DNA of 64,000 nt from Phoronis australis (Eukaryota > Animalia > Phoronida), in contig NMRA01000598.1 of NCBI GenBank assembly GCA_002633005.1, positions 192,996-256,995 on the forward strand, given 5' to 3'. Within the stretch, counting starts at the first letter, position 1; each line of letters starts with the position of its first letter. Below the pieces are notes generated by a model, which had not been told where the DNA came from, made no database searches, and saw only the letters and a program-made list of their open reading frames with translations. This document shows, in pieces, positions 26,506 to 38,600 of the stretch. The position numbers and the translations under genes were made by a program.

Positions 26506-27144
26506 TAGGACTATAATATTACTCCCAGGTTCGAGCAGAATATTGTCTTCGTTTTGTCTAGTGGAATATTATTTTATTGCTGTCGTCAATTTGTAACGAT
26601 TGTTACCGTGACGGCATGTGGCCATTGACGATAGATAATGCAGCAACTGTCGATTTGTCGAGTAAACTTGACAAATCAAGCCTCGTCTTTAAAGAGACTA
26701 ATAAGGTAAACGCCAAATGTAAATCAAATTCGTACTCATGTCAAAAGTCGCAGGTTTGAGACTACACACTAAAATAGTTTTCGCTTCAAAACATTTTCGA
26801 AAGTGTGGTGTTATGTGTACGTAGAGATTATAAATTTGACCATCGTCATAATCATTTCGAGAAATTGCTGGCAATCTTGTTATTAAGGGAATCAATGGCA
26901 ATCTTGTTATTAAGGGAAGCAAAGCCGTTTTCACAATCTTGTTATTAAGGGAAGCAAAGCCGTTTTCACAATGGGTACCTCCGAATCCTGCTCCTCATCA
27001 TACTAATGACAGTTATGATTTTTGTACTTAATTTATATTCACCTGTAGCCAGGCATGTGTGTGCTATGGGGTATTTTAAATGCCGTATCTCGACTGCCTT
27101 CCATTTCCTTACTTGGGAATTTTTATTATAAATTTAAATTTTGC

Positions 27145-27273
27145 ACTTTCCCGTTTCTATGGAAACGCGCGTCTTGGGCATTACGAAAGGATTGACCAAA
27201 ATTGTGTGATATTCAGGCGTTTACTGACGCGTTAGTTCGAGAGGAATCGACTGGTTCCGCCTCCCTATAAGAG
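27145..27273 (+). promoter_or_regulatory. Putative promoter of the TPR gene (IRF-E/ISRE-like, GAS-like, TATA-like)
   Basis: ACTTTCCCGTTTC at 27145-27157 overlaps TTCTATGGAA at 27155-27164; TATAAGAG lies at 27266. Donors GTGAGT at 27347 and 27442, acceptor TTACAG ending at 27501. Confidence 0.35.
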
Positions 27274-27502
27274 TGGACCGGGAAGCATTTTTCGCATCTG
27301 GTTCAAAAACGAGTGGTTTTAGCAGTTTTGATTTGGTTGAGAGAGAGTGAGTTTGATGATAAATATAAATATTGGGATGTTTGTACTCGAGGCTTCAGTT
27401 GTATTATTCTCGCACACTTCATTGCATCTAGATATTGGGAAGTGAGTTCCAGAAGCTTGTATTTTTATTATTTAAACATCTTTCACTTCACCTGCTTACA
27501 GG

Positions 27503-28885
27503 ATGATGGACATCCTCTGCTCCGGAACACCTAATGAGACCATGAATCTATTTTTTCAGGAGCTGTGTCCGGGACATTTCGAGCATCCTTTTCTGTCCAA
27601 CTTAGGCGGTGACAAAATGTACTTGGAAGGCCTCAGAGATCGTTTAAAGTCTGAGTTCGAAGACGAACCGTTTGTTAGGAGACACGCTATTATGAATTTG
27701 ATGGGTGTCGTGGACTGCTTATTGGGCGACATCACCGAAGGCAAAAATTGGTTCTCCAAAGTCTTGAAAGAAGACGAAGAAAACCTGAACTCCTTGAAAA
27801 ACCTCGAATGGGCGGATCGTAAGATCGGGTTGAAAACTGAGGCCGATACAACTAAGTCAAAACTTGAGACAATGTTGAAGGAAAAGAGCCCCGAAGAAGA
27901 CCTCGTTTGGAAGGCTCGTGCCTTGATTGAGATCGCTCGGGCAGCCTGTTTGACCGACCAACACCACAAACAGGATGACATAGCTTTTGGACAGAAGATG
28001 TTCGATTCTGCATTAGCTTTAGGTAAGGATAATCCGGACAAAGATGAATATTGTGACTGGAAGTTGGGCTACGCTTTTCATTTGATGCGAATGGCTAAGA
28101 AAGTGAGGAACATTAATAAGAATGATGATCGTTACTTCAAGCGTGCGCTGGAAACGTTTTATGATGTGGCGAAGTATTGTGAGGGCGAAGTCAATGGTTC
28201 GCGTGGACTAAATCGACAGGCATCTGCAGATCGCGACAGTGATCACCACTCGTTTCTCCACGATCGCAACGATGAAAGAGTCCGCGACATGTGCGGGAAG
28301 GCATGGGCTTTCGCTGGAGTTCTATTATTTTGGTATAAAGGTCGATACGACATGTTGTCAGCAGTCGTTGCCAACTGCCATCCCTCAGATGCCAGACTTG
28401 ATGGCATCCAGTGCCTGAGTAAGGCCGAGCGGGCTTCGCCAGATTGCGGTGCAGTATTGAGACGCGTCGCCCAAACATATATGGAGAACAAGAAGCTGAC
28501 GAAAGCGTTGGAGACAGCAGAAAAAGCCGTTGCGGCCCAGGGCATTGGCTTTGCGTATTACGTTCGCGGGCAAATTCGTTTAGAATTATACAGGCAAGAT
28601 GAAAGCAACCGAGAAAATTTGAAGCGCGCTTTGGAAGATTTACAAAAAGCGCACGAGAAACATTTCCGACCGTCTTACGCCGTGAGAGATATCGCGATTG
28701 CTCTACGTTATGACGGTCAGCTGGAAAAGGCGCTGGAATATTTCAAGCGGTCAGAGGATGCTGCCGGGGGTAACAAAGATTACCGCATGTATCTGGAGTG
28801 GGCGAAATGTCTTAACGAAAAGGGTGAATACCAGACATCAAAAGATAAAAGACAAATGGCAGACAGCATTTTGGCTGAAAATTAG
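27503..28885 (+). CDS. TTC22/IFIT-like tetratricopeptide repeat protein, single coding exon
   Basis: Intact 460-aa helical ORF. Motifs are collinear with recalled vertebrate TTC22: PGHF, NLNSLKNL, ARALIEIARA, FDSALALG, KAWAFAGVLL, CLSKAERASPD..VLRRVA, AYYVRGQI. A splice acceptor lies 2 nt before the ATG. Confidence 0.8.
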   Translation: MMDILCSGTPNETMNLFFQELCPGHFEHPFLSNLGGDKMYLEGLRDRLKSEFEDEPFVRRHAIMNLMGVVDCLLGDITEGKNWFSKVLKEDEENLNSLKNLEWADRKIGLKTEADTTKSKLETMLKEKSPEEDLVWKARALIEIARAACLTDQHHKQDDIAFGQKMFDSALALGKDNPDKDEYCDWKLGYAFHLMRMAKKVRNINKNDDRYFKRALETFYDVAKYCEGEVNGSRGLNRQASADRDSDHHSFLHDRNDERVRDMCGKAWAFAGVLLFWYKGRYDMLSAVVANCHPSDARLDGIQCLSKAERASPDCGAVLRRVAQTYMENKKLTKALETAEKAVAAQGIGFAYYVRGQIRLELYRQDESNRENLKRALEDLQKAHEKHFRPSYAVRDIAIALRYDGQLEKALEYFKRSEDAAGGNKDYRMYLEWAKCLNEKGEYQTSKDKRQMADSILAEN

Positions 28886-31800
28886 ATCGCACCAAATGAC
28901 ACTGGGAAAATACTGCAAGGTTATGCGTTTTTGTTCGTGTTTATTTCGTTGCCTGTAACTTTGCACAGGATACTGCTAATCAACGTCGAATCACCCGTTT
29001 ATGATACACAAGATGTACACGTGTATAAAAAAATGGATGTACATGTACACTGTATGTTATGACTCATTCAGTACAAGTATACTATGAAGACAATTATGAG
29101 TCGTTACTGAACTTACTTGAAATGAAAGGACAACGTTTCGCCATCGTACTGTCTGGTGATTTTTTCAAGCCTGCTAGTGTGCTACCTCTGGTGAATTCGG
29201 TCGGAGTTTAGAAAATCGGGGAGAAACTTAGAAGGCAGTGCCCGGTTGCATGAAACAGTCCTAAGTTGGGGCTCAATTAAGGTTCCTAAATCTACTACGT
29301 ATTTGCCCGTTTGTGAAAACACCGATTGTCATATCGTATGCTGTTTGAGTATCATTACTATGCCAATTTTTGGCTTTTATGAAAATCGAGAGTGTTGTTG
29401 TCACGTGACGTTTGTTTTGAAGTTTGTATGCGTGTGTGTGAGAGTAAGCGTGCGTGTGCTTGTCATCAGAGTTCATTTGCCAGAGTAATGTAATGATCTA
29501 GGTGTGCATTGTATCCAAAAAAAAAATAAGTCAAGCAGTCAAGCAGAGCGTGTTTTAATATTTACGACTTAGCACTTGCTGGCCTCATCTGCTAAAAACG
29601 TTCGAGAATTTTTTCGGTAAGACCGACATGTCACTCATTGAGTCGCCGGGTGAGTGGATGCGTGACCGTAGTGTAACAGCTATTTCCCGGAAGATTTGGG
29701 GTGTAAGGGTGCGAAGTGGGTCATTTTGACCTTAAAAACACCAATTATGATTAGTTAAATAATTTCTCTTAAAAATAATGCAGAAGCTTTTTACGGTATT
29801 GGAAACTTTCGGAAATTAGTGCCAATATTTATTTGCCGATGCTTACCCAATTAATCTTCGATGACAGTCGGTACATTATGCAGCGCGCGCTTCTTGGTCG
29901 CGTGCTAACACAGGTCGAGTTTTTTTATTAGTCTTCGATTCACGGTTTTCACATGCACAAAGAAGTTTGAGGCCGGAGAAGATCTGTACTGGAAAGAAAC
30001 AATGCAATCCCGCTCTTTGACAAGTACGCTCTGTCTGTTTTCAAAGTCCAGACCCGCGTAGTGGGGCACATCCCTCGCAAGAGCAGCAAAACTTCTGCGT
30101 TTTTTTTGAATCCCGGCGTAAGTTTGAAGTGTACGGACATAACGGTGAGGCTCGTGGTCCGTTACAAATTTAGGCTGTCGGATCTTTCAATTGATAAATT
30201 GGAGACGTTAGAACTGTATGTAAGGGCATTTTTCGCATGTAGTTCATGGGCTGGGCGCTTACTTTAGCAAAGTCTGAAAACGCGTTGGGGCACTTGTTGA
30301 GTCATGGGCGCTAATTAGGGCGAATAGCGGCAGAATTACATACAACAGCGTAGTTTAATGCACACAAATTACACGTCGTGCAAACCAGTCGGCCATCCCG
30401 TTTACCATCAACAATCCCAGTAGCCTTTGCGCACCCTAGTTTCCGAACATGCGCAATCGTTAAATCGATTCGGTTGCAACTCCGCCGACAGGAGTCGCGT
30501 TCCTAAACATGGCTCGCTCTGTTGGCGTATCGGCGTACTGGTTATTGTATTCCGCGATGTTCGAACGGCTAGAAAAAATACGGACACTGAATTGTGTTAT
30601 ACAATCCTTAAGGACGTTGAGATTCGGAAGCGTTGGGTCGTTGTCCTACGCCCCGAAGAAGGAAAATGTGTCCTTGTAAAATTTATAAATGTTTTCGAAA
30701 AGGGGGCTGGCCAGTGGGGGAGGAACGGTGACACTGAGGTTGAAATTCAAGCCTCCTCTTTAAACCGGAGACAAGGCTTGAGATTCAACCTCATTTTGGC
30801 TATCACACACCTGGGACAGGATTCTGACTAAAGTTTCCGCCGATTTTTTTAAGTTTTACTCATTTCTAGGAGTAGGAAGGCTTCCGCAGAGCGAGCGTGG
30901 CGGTTAAGTCAAAGTCAGCGGCCATGGCGTTGGTTTGGGAAAAAGCGTGGTCGGAAAAAATCAATTACAAATACAGTAAGCAAACATGTATTTGTTTATT
31001 TGATATCACAACCTGGAAATTATTAATGCATGACTACCGGGTACTGATCACAGCAATATGCGTTAATCTCGTTGTTCGGACAATCAAGTTAAGTCGGAAC
31101 TGGGTGCATGATCTCGCCCGGGGGGAAATCTCTCTGTCGCCTTGGATACTACTTAACGGAGGTTTACTGTACTATCATAATTTCCCACGCGACACAGCCA
31201 TAGTTCCCACTAAACTAAACAGAAAAGATCGACGTTGCATTGCTTTTTGAGGGCATCAGCTTTTTCCCATAAAACTATGAAAAACAACGCGACGTCGGGT
31301 GTTTTTGGGTGCCACTCTCCCATTCGACAACTAACGCTGTCGGTATCTCCAATGAGCTATATATCTATATTTATCCCATACGCGTTGAATCTGTCGAGGG
31401 AAATACGGCCATGTGTTAAAATTTTCCGTATCCACCTCCATCAACAGTGACCTCTGACATGGAAAGTTCAAAAGGTAGGTCAATGTCGACTCTTCAGTCG
31501 GTTCGATCATTAAACTTTCCGAATATAGTTTAAAGTAATACAGTTGCAGCAGTGTAACTAACACTGGGCATGCAACCAGGCCCTAAGCGCAAAATTGGGA
31601 ACAAAATCGTTATAAGACACTTATGCCTCAGTTTTCAATTGCTGAATACTACGTCCTCTGCAACTCAGGTGCCGATTCCTAGGAAACTAAAATATTAAAT
31701 ATTGTTGTTTTTAACTATTTCCAGGAGATGTTACAAGTTCACTGCACAGTTGCGGTTGCTTTCATTTTTGTTACCCCTTTTAAAGAACTAAATCGTTACT

Positions 31801-34117
31801 TTTAAAACTGTTTCTTTTACAAGTCAAGAGAAACTTGCAACCTAACGCGCAAGTACATTACGGCGTTTTCCTGTTGCCCCCAACTTGTTCGATTCTATAG
31901 CCCAACAACAAGTGATTAACTCCATTCTGGAATTTATGGTTGGAGGGCCAGCTCTCTTTTGTTCGATAATTGCTCTACTCCAAGAAGATTGTATCTACCC
32001 TGACTGGGCTGTGCTGTTAAAAATAAAAGTTAAGTTCTAACATATTTGAACATAAATCAATAGCATTTCTGAAATCTTCGTCAAATTGTGATCGTGTTTA
32101 GTTTTTGAATCGCCAAAATCACCCAACTGCCGACAACCGGAGTTACAATCTATTCTTTCCGAATACACTAATTCACTCCGAGTTTGTGTTAACACGCGGT
32201 CTGTAATAAGCCTGGTAGATAATTGGCCTGCTTGTTGTCATAACTGACAAAAGAGTGTGCTTGGCAGTTAACAAAGAAGCTAGATGTTATTCATCACTCG
32301 CTCGGAACCCCCTACGTCTGGTAAAGTCACTGAACGGGAAAACGCAGTCATGACATACATATAGGATGCGATCCGCCATGTGAACAGTCTAGGTGAAGTA
32401 TTTGAAAACGTTGCCGAAAAATATAAGAAACTCAGGAATTCGAAGCGCATGGGATACGTAGGCCTACAAAATGTACCTCGATTGGCGTACATGAAGTATT
32501 ATCCCACTCAACCTGTCTCGTGGGATATTACTTCATGTACGCCACTCTCGTTTTGTTTTGTGCATTTATCTCATTAGGCAAGTCTTTGTGTGTTGCAGCG
32601 ATTATTTTACTCTTTCGTTTTGGCTTATACCCAGATGTCCCGCTATATTTTATCTTGGAAGTCACACGCTTTTCAAAACAGTTGTTCCATTGCCGAGAAA
32701 ACGGGTTTAGTAGGGACCAAAAGTTAAATCCAAATAAACGTCCGGGTGTGATTGGAAGTAGCTCGGTTGTACCAGTACCTGGGACGTTTTGCTCATATAC
32801 ACGATATTGTAGACTTATAAATGACTCTACAGGCATTTAGTTTATTGTTAAAGGTTTACTTCAGATACGGCTTTGGTGTCCGTTTCTTAGTGAAACAGGA
32901 GAAAGGTTCCTACACTGTACATCTGTCAAATGGATAATTGTTCGGGATACCGTTAGTAACAAACAAGATAGAGTTTATGGGCGATTGAGGAAAATGAGAC
33001 CATGAAAACTGAATTGCTGCTGATGCGGAAAACACGTGGACGCATTTCCGGCCTTGCGTCCGTGCGTGGTGCTGCTTCCGCCTGTCTGACATATTTGATA
33101 GACGAATGGATAAACACTCAAGTACATAATAATGAAGCGATATTTCGCAGTTTTTAAATTAAAGGCAGCGTAGTGGAATGTTTGAAGGGATAAAACACAA
33201 AAAGCATGGATTCCCACACACGCACCAGCAAAATTAGGAATGCCAGGTTGCACTAATATGCGCATGGGCAGTAAGAAGTGTGAACACGGAATTGAATGAA
33301 TCGATGAATTAAAATAGGTGCCAATAGCCCCAACAGAAGTGATATTCAACTGTGATTTCAATGCAGCAAACAAAATTAGTTATACAGGATGAATATTTAA
33401 ATATGTCTTTTCTGTAGTTTTTGACATTTTGAACCAATTGGAGTCAATTGAAATGGTGTGCTATTGCCGACACGCAATTTGTACTGTAAGCTGGCCACTA
33501 GAATGATCGAGGGAAGGCTGTGTGTGTATACCATATTGAAATAAAGTTGTCTGTGATACAAAAATCATATATTACAAGTGCAGGTATTGTACCATCAAGT
33601 GTATAAGAGCATAAATACAAACTAACATTGATGTTTCTTGTTTTTGAAAGCTATAAAAACTCTCATGCCAAGTCAGTATGGACAAAAACATGAAAAAACA
33701 TGTCAAGAAAAACCCCAATAAGTAATTTTACAAAAGCAACAGCTATTACTTCCTTACAGGAAACAATAAAGATGTCATTTAATATTAGTAAAAAGAACAA
33801 GCAAAACAAACTACCCACCAAAAGTAATAAAATAAAGTTAAAGAATTTTCGTGATCACATATCCCTGTTTTGAGGAAATCAAAGGAGACCTTTGAACTAT
33901 TTAATTTTTAACTTGATCGGGTCAAAAAATTAATCATCAGTAAAAGTACTGTTTTGCAGATTTTTCACTAGAGTTTCCCAATATTTCTTTTGAAAACTAC
34001 TGAGATAGCGTCTATACTATCAAATCGCACAGGCGATCCTGACTCCAGACAAATTTTGACCAATCTGGAAGACAGTTGTGACTGCTGGGCCCCCCAAAGA
34101 ATGTCAATCCCAGGTTT

Positions 34118-35414
34118 AACAAGAGCAACGCAGAGCGTTGAAATGCGCCCACGAATGCACTGCAAATGGTGTGCTTATAGGGTCATTTATTTGTACCATA
34201 AATATGGAAGCTAGATGGCGCAAAAACATACAATCCATCCAAAACCAGGAACATGCCATATTTCCTAAAAATCTGTCAAGGAACTTCAGAGAAACAAAGG
34301 AAAACATGTAATAAAATGAAATTGCAACTAGTGGGCACAATGTCCGTTGGATCTGCCTGAAAGTAGTCGTCGTCTGTTGTTATCTTCATATAAATACACT
34401 TACTAAATTCAGTGAAGTGGGTTTAAGAGATACAACTATGGGCGCAAAACAAAACTACCACTAGGAGGCGCCACAGTAATCAGTCACCATCTTTCAACAA
34501 AGGTCGCCTTCACACTGAGAACATATATGCCAATTTTCAAATGATTTGGTTGATACAGGAATGCACACCAAAAGCAAGATTTGAAAACGGCAAAAGTGGC
34601 CACTAGGTGGTGCAAAATACCTCGATTCCATCCAAAAAAAGGCAGATAGCATCATCACACTAATAAATGCCTATATTTAAAATTTTATGAAAATCTGTTG
34701 AGGACCTTTGAAGATACTGAGTTAAACATAAAAAAATAAAATTGACACTAGGGGGCACAGCAGTAGTCAGATCTGTCTGAAACTCGTCGTCATCCGTAGT
34801 CAACATCACATAAATAAACTTACTAAATTAAGTAAAGATCCCGCCAACGGTTTAGGAGATACAGCCATAGGCGCAACAAAAACAAAACTGCCACTAGGAG
34901 GTGCAGCAGTAGTTGAAATCGTTGGAAAATCATCATCAACCGTCCTTTTCATAGTAAGCACATACATGCCAATTTTCACAATCATCCTTTGAGCGGTTTG
35001 GTTGATACAGGGGTGGATGCAAAAAAACAGACCTCAAAACAGAAAAAAATGGCCACTAGGTGGCACAAACTATGTCGGATCCATCCGAAAACGGGATGAT
35101 AGTGTCATCTCACTAATAGGTGCCTACATACCAAATTTCATGAAAATCAGTTCATGACTTGTGAAGATACAAAGGTAAGCGTAAAAAACTAAAATTGCCA
35201 CTAGGGAACACACCGGTAGTCGGATCCGTCCGAAAGTTTGCTCATGCCGTCCCATTCATAAATGGAACATATATGCCAAATTTCATGAACGTACGTCAAC
35301 GGATTGTGGAGATAGAACAGCGGATGCCGGACGGACGCCGTCCGGACGGAAGGACGGACGGAGATGACGGCATAATGCCTCCACATACAGTATAAATATG
35401 TAGGCGCATAAAAA
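34118..35414 (-). mobile_element. Helentron-associated non-autonomous element (HINE/DINE-1-like), copy A
   Basis: Minus-strand layout: TTTTT-ATGCGCCTACAT with an inverted partner, (GTCC)n microsatellite, internal tandem core repeats, 3' subTIR GTGGGCGCAT, hairpin CAACGC-TCT-GCGTTG, then CTCTTGTT. Confidence 0.8.
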
Positions 35415-35629
35415 GTAGCTGGCTGGTGAAAGATTGATGGGTAACGTGGACAGACACAGTCGGAGCACTGATAATTCCCAGAACCTTTTGTTTCCTCCAC
35501 GCAAACATGAGGTCTTCAAATATCAAATCACTACACACACATCACATGGACAATAAGTTCTAGCACGGCGACAGTCTACACACAACAGGATGACAGGAAA
35601 CAGCCACGAAATGCCAAGTAAGTTACAGA

Positions 35630-38600
35630 CTACACCATATTCGCGCTCTCAGCAGAGGGTGGGGATTGGTCATCCTCTGCATCTTCAGTCAGCTGACTCA
35701 ACAGTAAAAAATTGAACTTCTCGAAACCTTCCTTGATAGAAGCGACATCTTTTGTGCTGCCCGCATGTAGTACCCACTGGCGACCAGCGCAAAGTTGGCT
35801 GAGATCCATCATATTGGACACCTGAAGTCAATGAACAATAGTTAAAAGTGGAATTACAATGTCTATCAGAAACAGATGATCAGTTGAACATAATTAAAGA
35901 GGCACTTCCAACTTCTGTGAAGCAAAATGGTAAAATGAACATGCTCATGTCTGGCATAAATGTATGCTTAAGTGAACAACAGTTATTAAGTAGCATTTCA
36001 ACATTTGACAGAAACCTATGGCAAAATGAGCAATACATAAAGTGGCATTTCCATGACTATTGAAACTGAACATGGTAAAATGAACATTAATAGTTAAAGT
36101 GAGATTTCAAGGTGTGTCAGAAACTTTTAGAAAAAGAAATTGAGCTACTACTTTACTACTTTAACTTGTTAGCTTGCAAACAGTCAATTGAACACTGGAA
36201 GATCAAAGTAATGTGTACATACTTACAGTGTGAGCAAGTGTTTGTGTGTGTATATATAAAATAGACTGAATCGTTGATTGATTTAATTTACTAGACCACT
36301 TGCTTGGGAAACACATTTACCTCTTCAGTAGACCGTGCATTCGGTTTATCTTGGCAACTAGCCAAAATCAAACAAGGTAGACCAGCCAAAGACTCGGCTC
36401 TTAAAATATTTCCAAGATCGCTAGCTGCTTCTTTAATGGTGACCTCGTCGTCGGCGCTGTCAACAACGAAAATCACTCCTTGAGTATCGTCTAAGTAGTG
36501 CTTCCAGTACTGACGGACATTATCACCCCCTGGGAAGAAAGACAAACAGTGAAGTTATCTCCCCCTGAGAAGACCGTGACAAACAATGGAGAATTGTGAC
36601 TGCTCTATTGTAATAGCTAACAGGATTGTTTCCTGGAAGACTACAAAATGACAATTTAAGGTTGATGAACACCTAGAGCCAACTCTTGGTCATCACAAGT
36701 TCAATGTGATTATGATTCTCACAGCTCATTTTTGGCATTTCGCTCAGGGTCTGAACTCATTCCACAAGGGTGGGATTATTAGGATACTAGTGCCCAGACT
36801 GGTTACACAGGGTGATGACATCATCTGCATGCCAGGTCACAGACGCTGTTGTTTATGGATATGTAGGCGTATCTTTGGCAAATGTTAGTCAATTTTCACC
36901 AAAAACATACCATTGTGGTCGACATAACCTAAATTTATGAATGACTTTGAAAATTTAAGTAGAAAAATGCAACAGATAACCAATGCCCAGGCACAACCCA
37001 CTCACAGACAGCAGACGGCTTATCGCTGTCATAAAACGTGAAGCTAAAACGTAAACAAACCACTGCATACATGTACTTGTAAATTGGCTGTCTGCAGTAA
37101 CCTACCCCAACTTACGGACAGAAAGACGGACAGACGGATGCAGGACTTCAGACACTGAGCGGAATGTGGACAAGAACCGTGTAAAGTGAAATCGGCTGTT
37201 ATTTAAACGCTGATTTCCAATAACGACCTGTCATAATTTGCCACTCCGGATGTGGTTCTTCTTCACATATTCAGCACCCAACATGGGCAGATGCGAGATT
37301 TTATTTTGTAACATTTCTCAATAAAGATAACACTGAAGAAAGCCTTAGTCCATTCGTAGTTTTGTTTAAACAGTGTAGATGTCATAAAGTATCATCAGGA
37401 AAAGTTCAAATGATTTCCAACAGGGCGATCGACATTTGAAAAATAGAAACATGACAACTTTGAAAATTATTCTGTGCAAAATAAATGAATAGTTCCCACA
37501 CACAAACGGTGGCTTCCGTTTGCACAAATCCATCATGATAAGGGACTTCTGTGTAACGTTATCACGACGTGTAACTTCCGAGTGCACTGTCCTATTTGAA
37601 CAGCCTCAAGTGGTCACAAAAGTCACAGCTCACATACATGTATTACAATATCCAAAGTTTCACACATTTTACCCCTGTATCCTTCTATCATACATGTAAT
37701 TCTCCACCATGGTAGTCGCCTACTTATGACATCATGACCACATCCATAGGTTGCAACTATAAAATCCATCCCTATATCCAGAAAGTCATCCATTATGTAG
37801 ATTACCATCAGGTGCATCGTTAAAAAAGTCAACGGTGTTACGTCACTGTGTTGACTAGCAGTGATAGGATAGGAAGAATCTAAATTGTCAGTAGGTAAAA
37901 TTCTGCCAAAAGTACAATTGAAAGCAGTTTCCCAACAATATGGTCTGTGAATGAGATGCTCTCTTTAGCATTCAATCATGTGATGACATCACCAAATGTT
38001 TAAGGCTCCTCACCCTATCATCAACTGCCAAATGCCAACTGCCAACTGCCAACACCCCTCCAATGATGACACGATACGCAAAAGGTCCCCAAACAAAAAG
38101 GCTTACTACGTTCAGTCTCTCAAGCGACCTCAAGGAAGAAGGCGCAACCAGGGGCACGAACTGATACACAAAGCTATTTGTCAACACAAAATGAAAGCTT
38201 TTTGTCTTCAGCAACACAAGACACGAGACAAGAATGAAAATTATACAATAGCAATGCGAAGTGTTGAAATGCGTCCACGAATGCACCGCAAATGATGTGC
38301 TTCTAGTTGTGTTTATCTGTATCATAAAAATGGCCACTAGATGGTTCAGAATACATTGAACTCATCAAAAAGTGGAAAGGTGTCATCGCCTCTAAAAATG
38401 AATTGCCAAATTTTTTGAAAATCCGTCAAAGAACTTAAAAGACAAATGTAAAAAGGATGCCATTAAGAACTACAGCTGCAGTAGTCGTATCTATCCATCT
38501 GCTGACAAGTCAATAGGAAAACAACTGCAAAAACATCTTGCAAAGGGTTTAGAATATACAACCTTTGTTGCAAAAAATGTCACTAGGGGGCACCACAGTA

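Noticed and set aside
27556-28573. Minus-strand ORFs within the TPR gene
   Set aside because: They are antisense shadows of the 460-aa CDS.
29580-33400. CpG-richer region with many 60-130-aa ORFs
   Set aside because: No recognisable domains, consistent splice pattern or paired TIRs. It is probably old TE sequence and is left unannotated.
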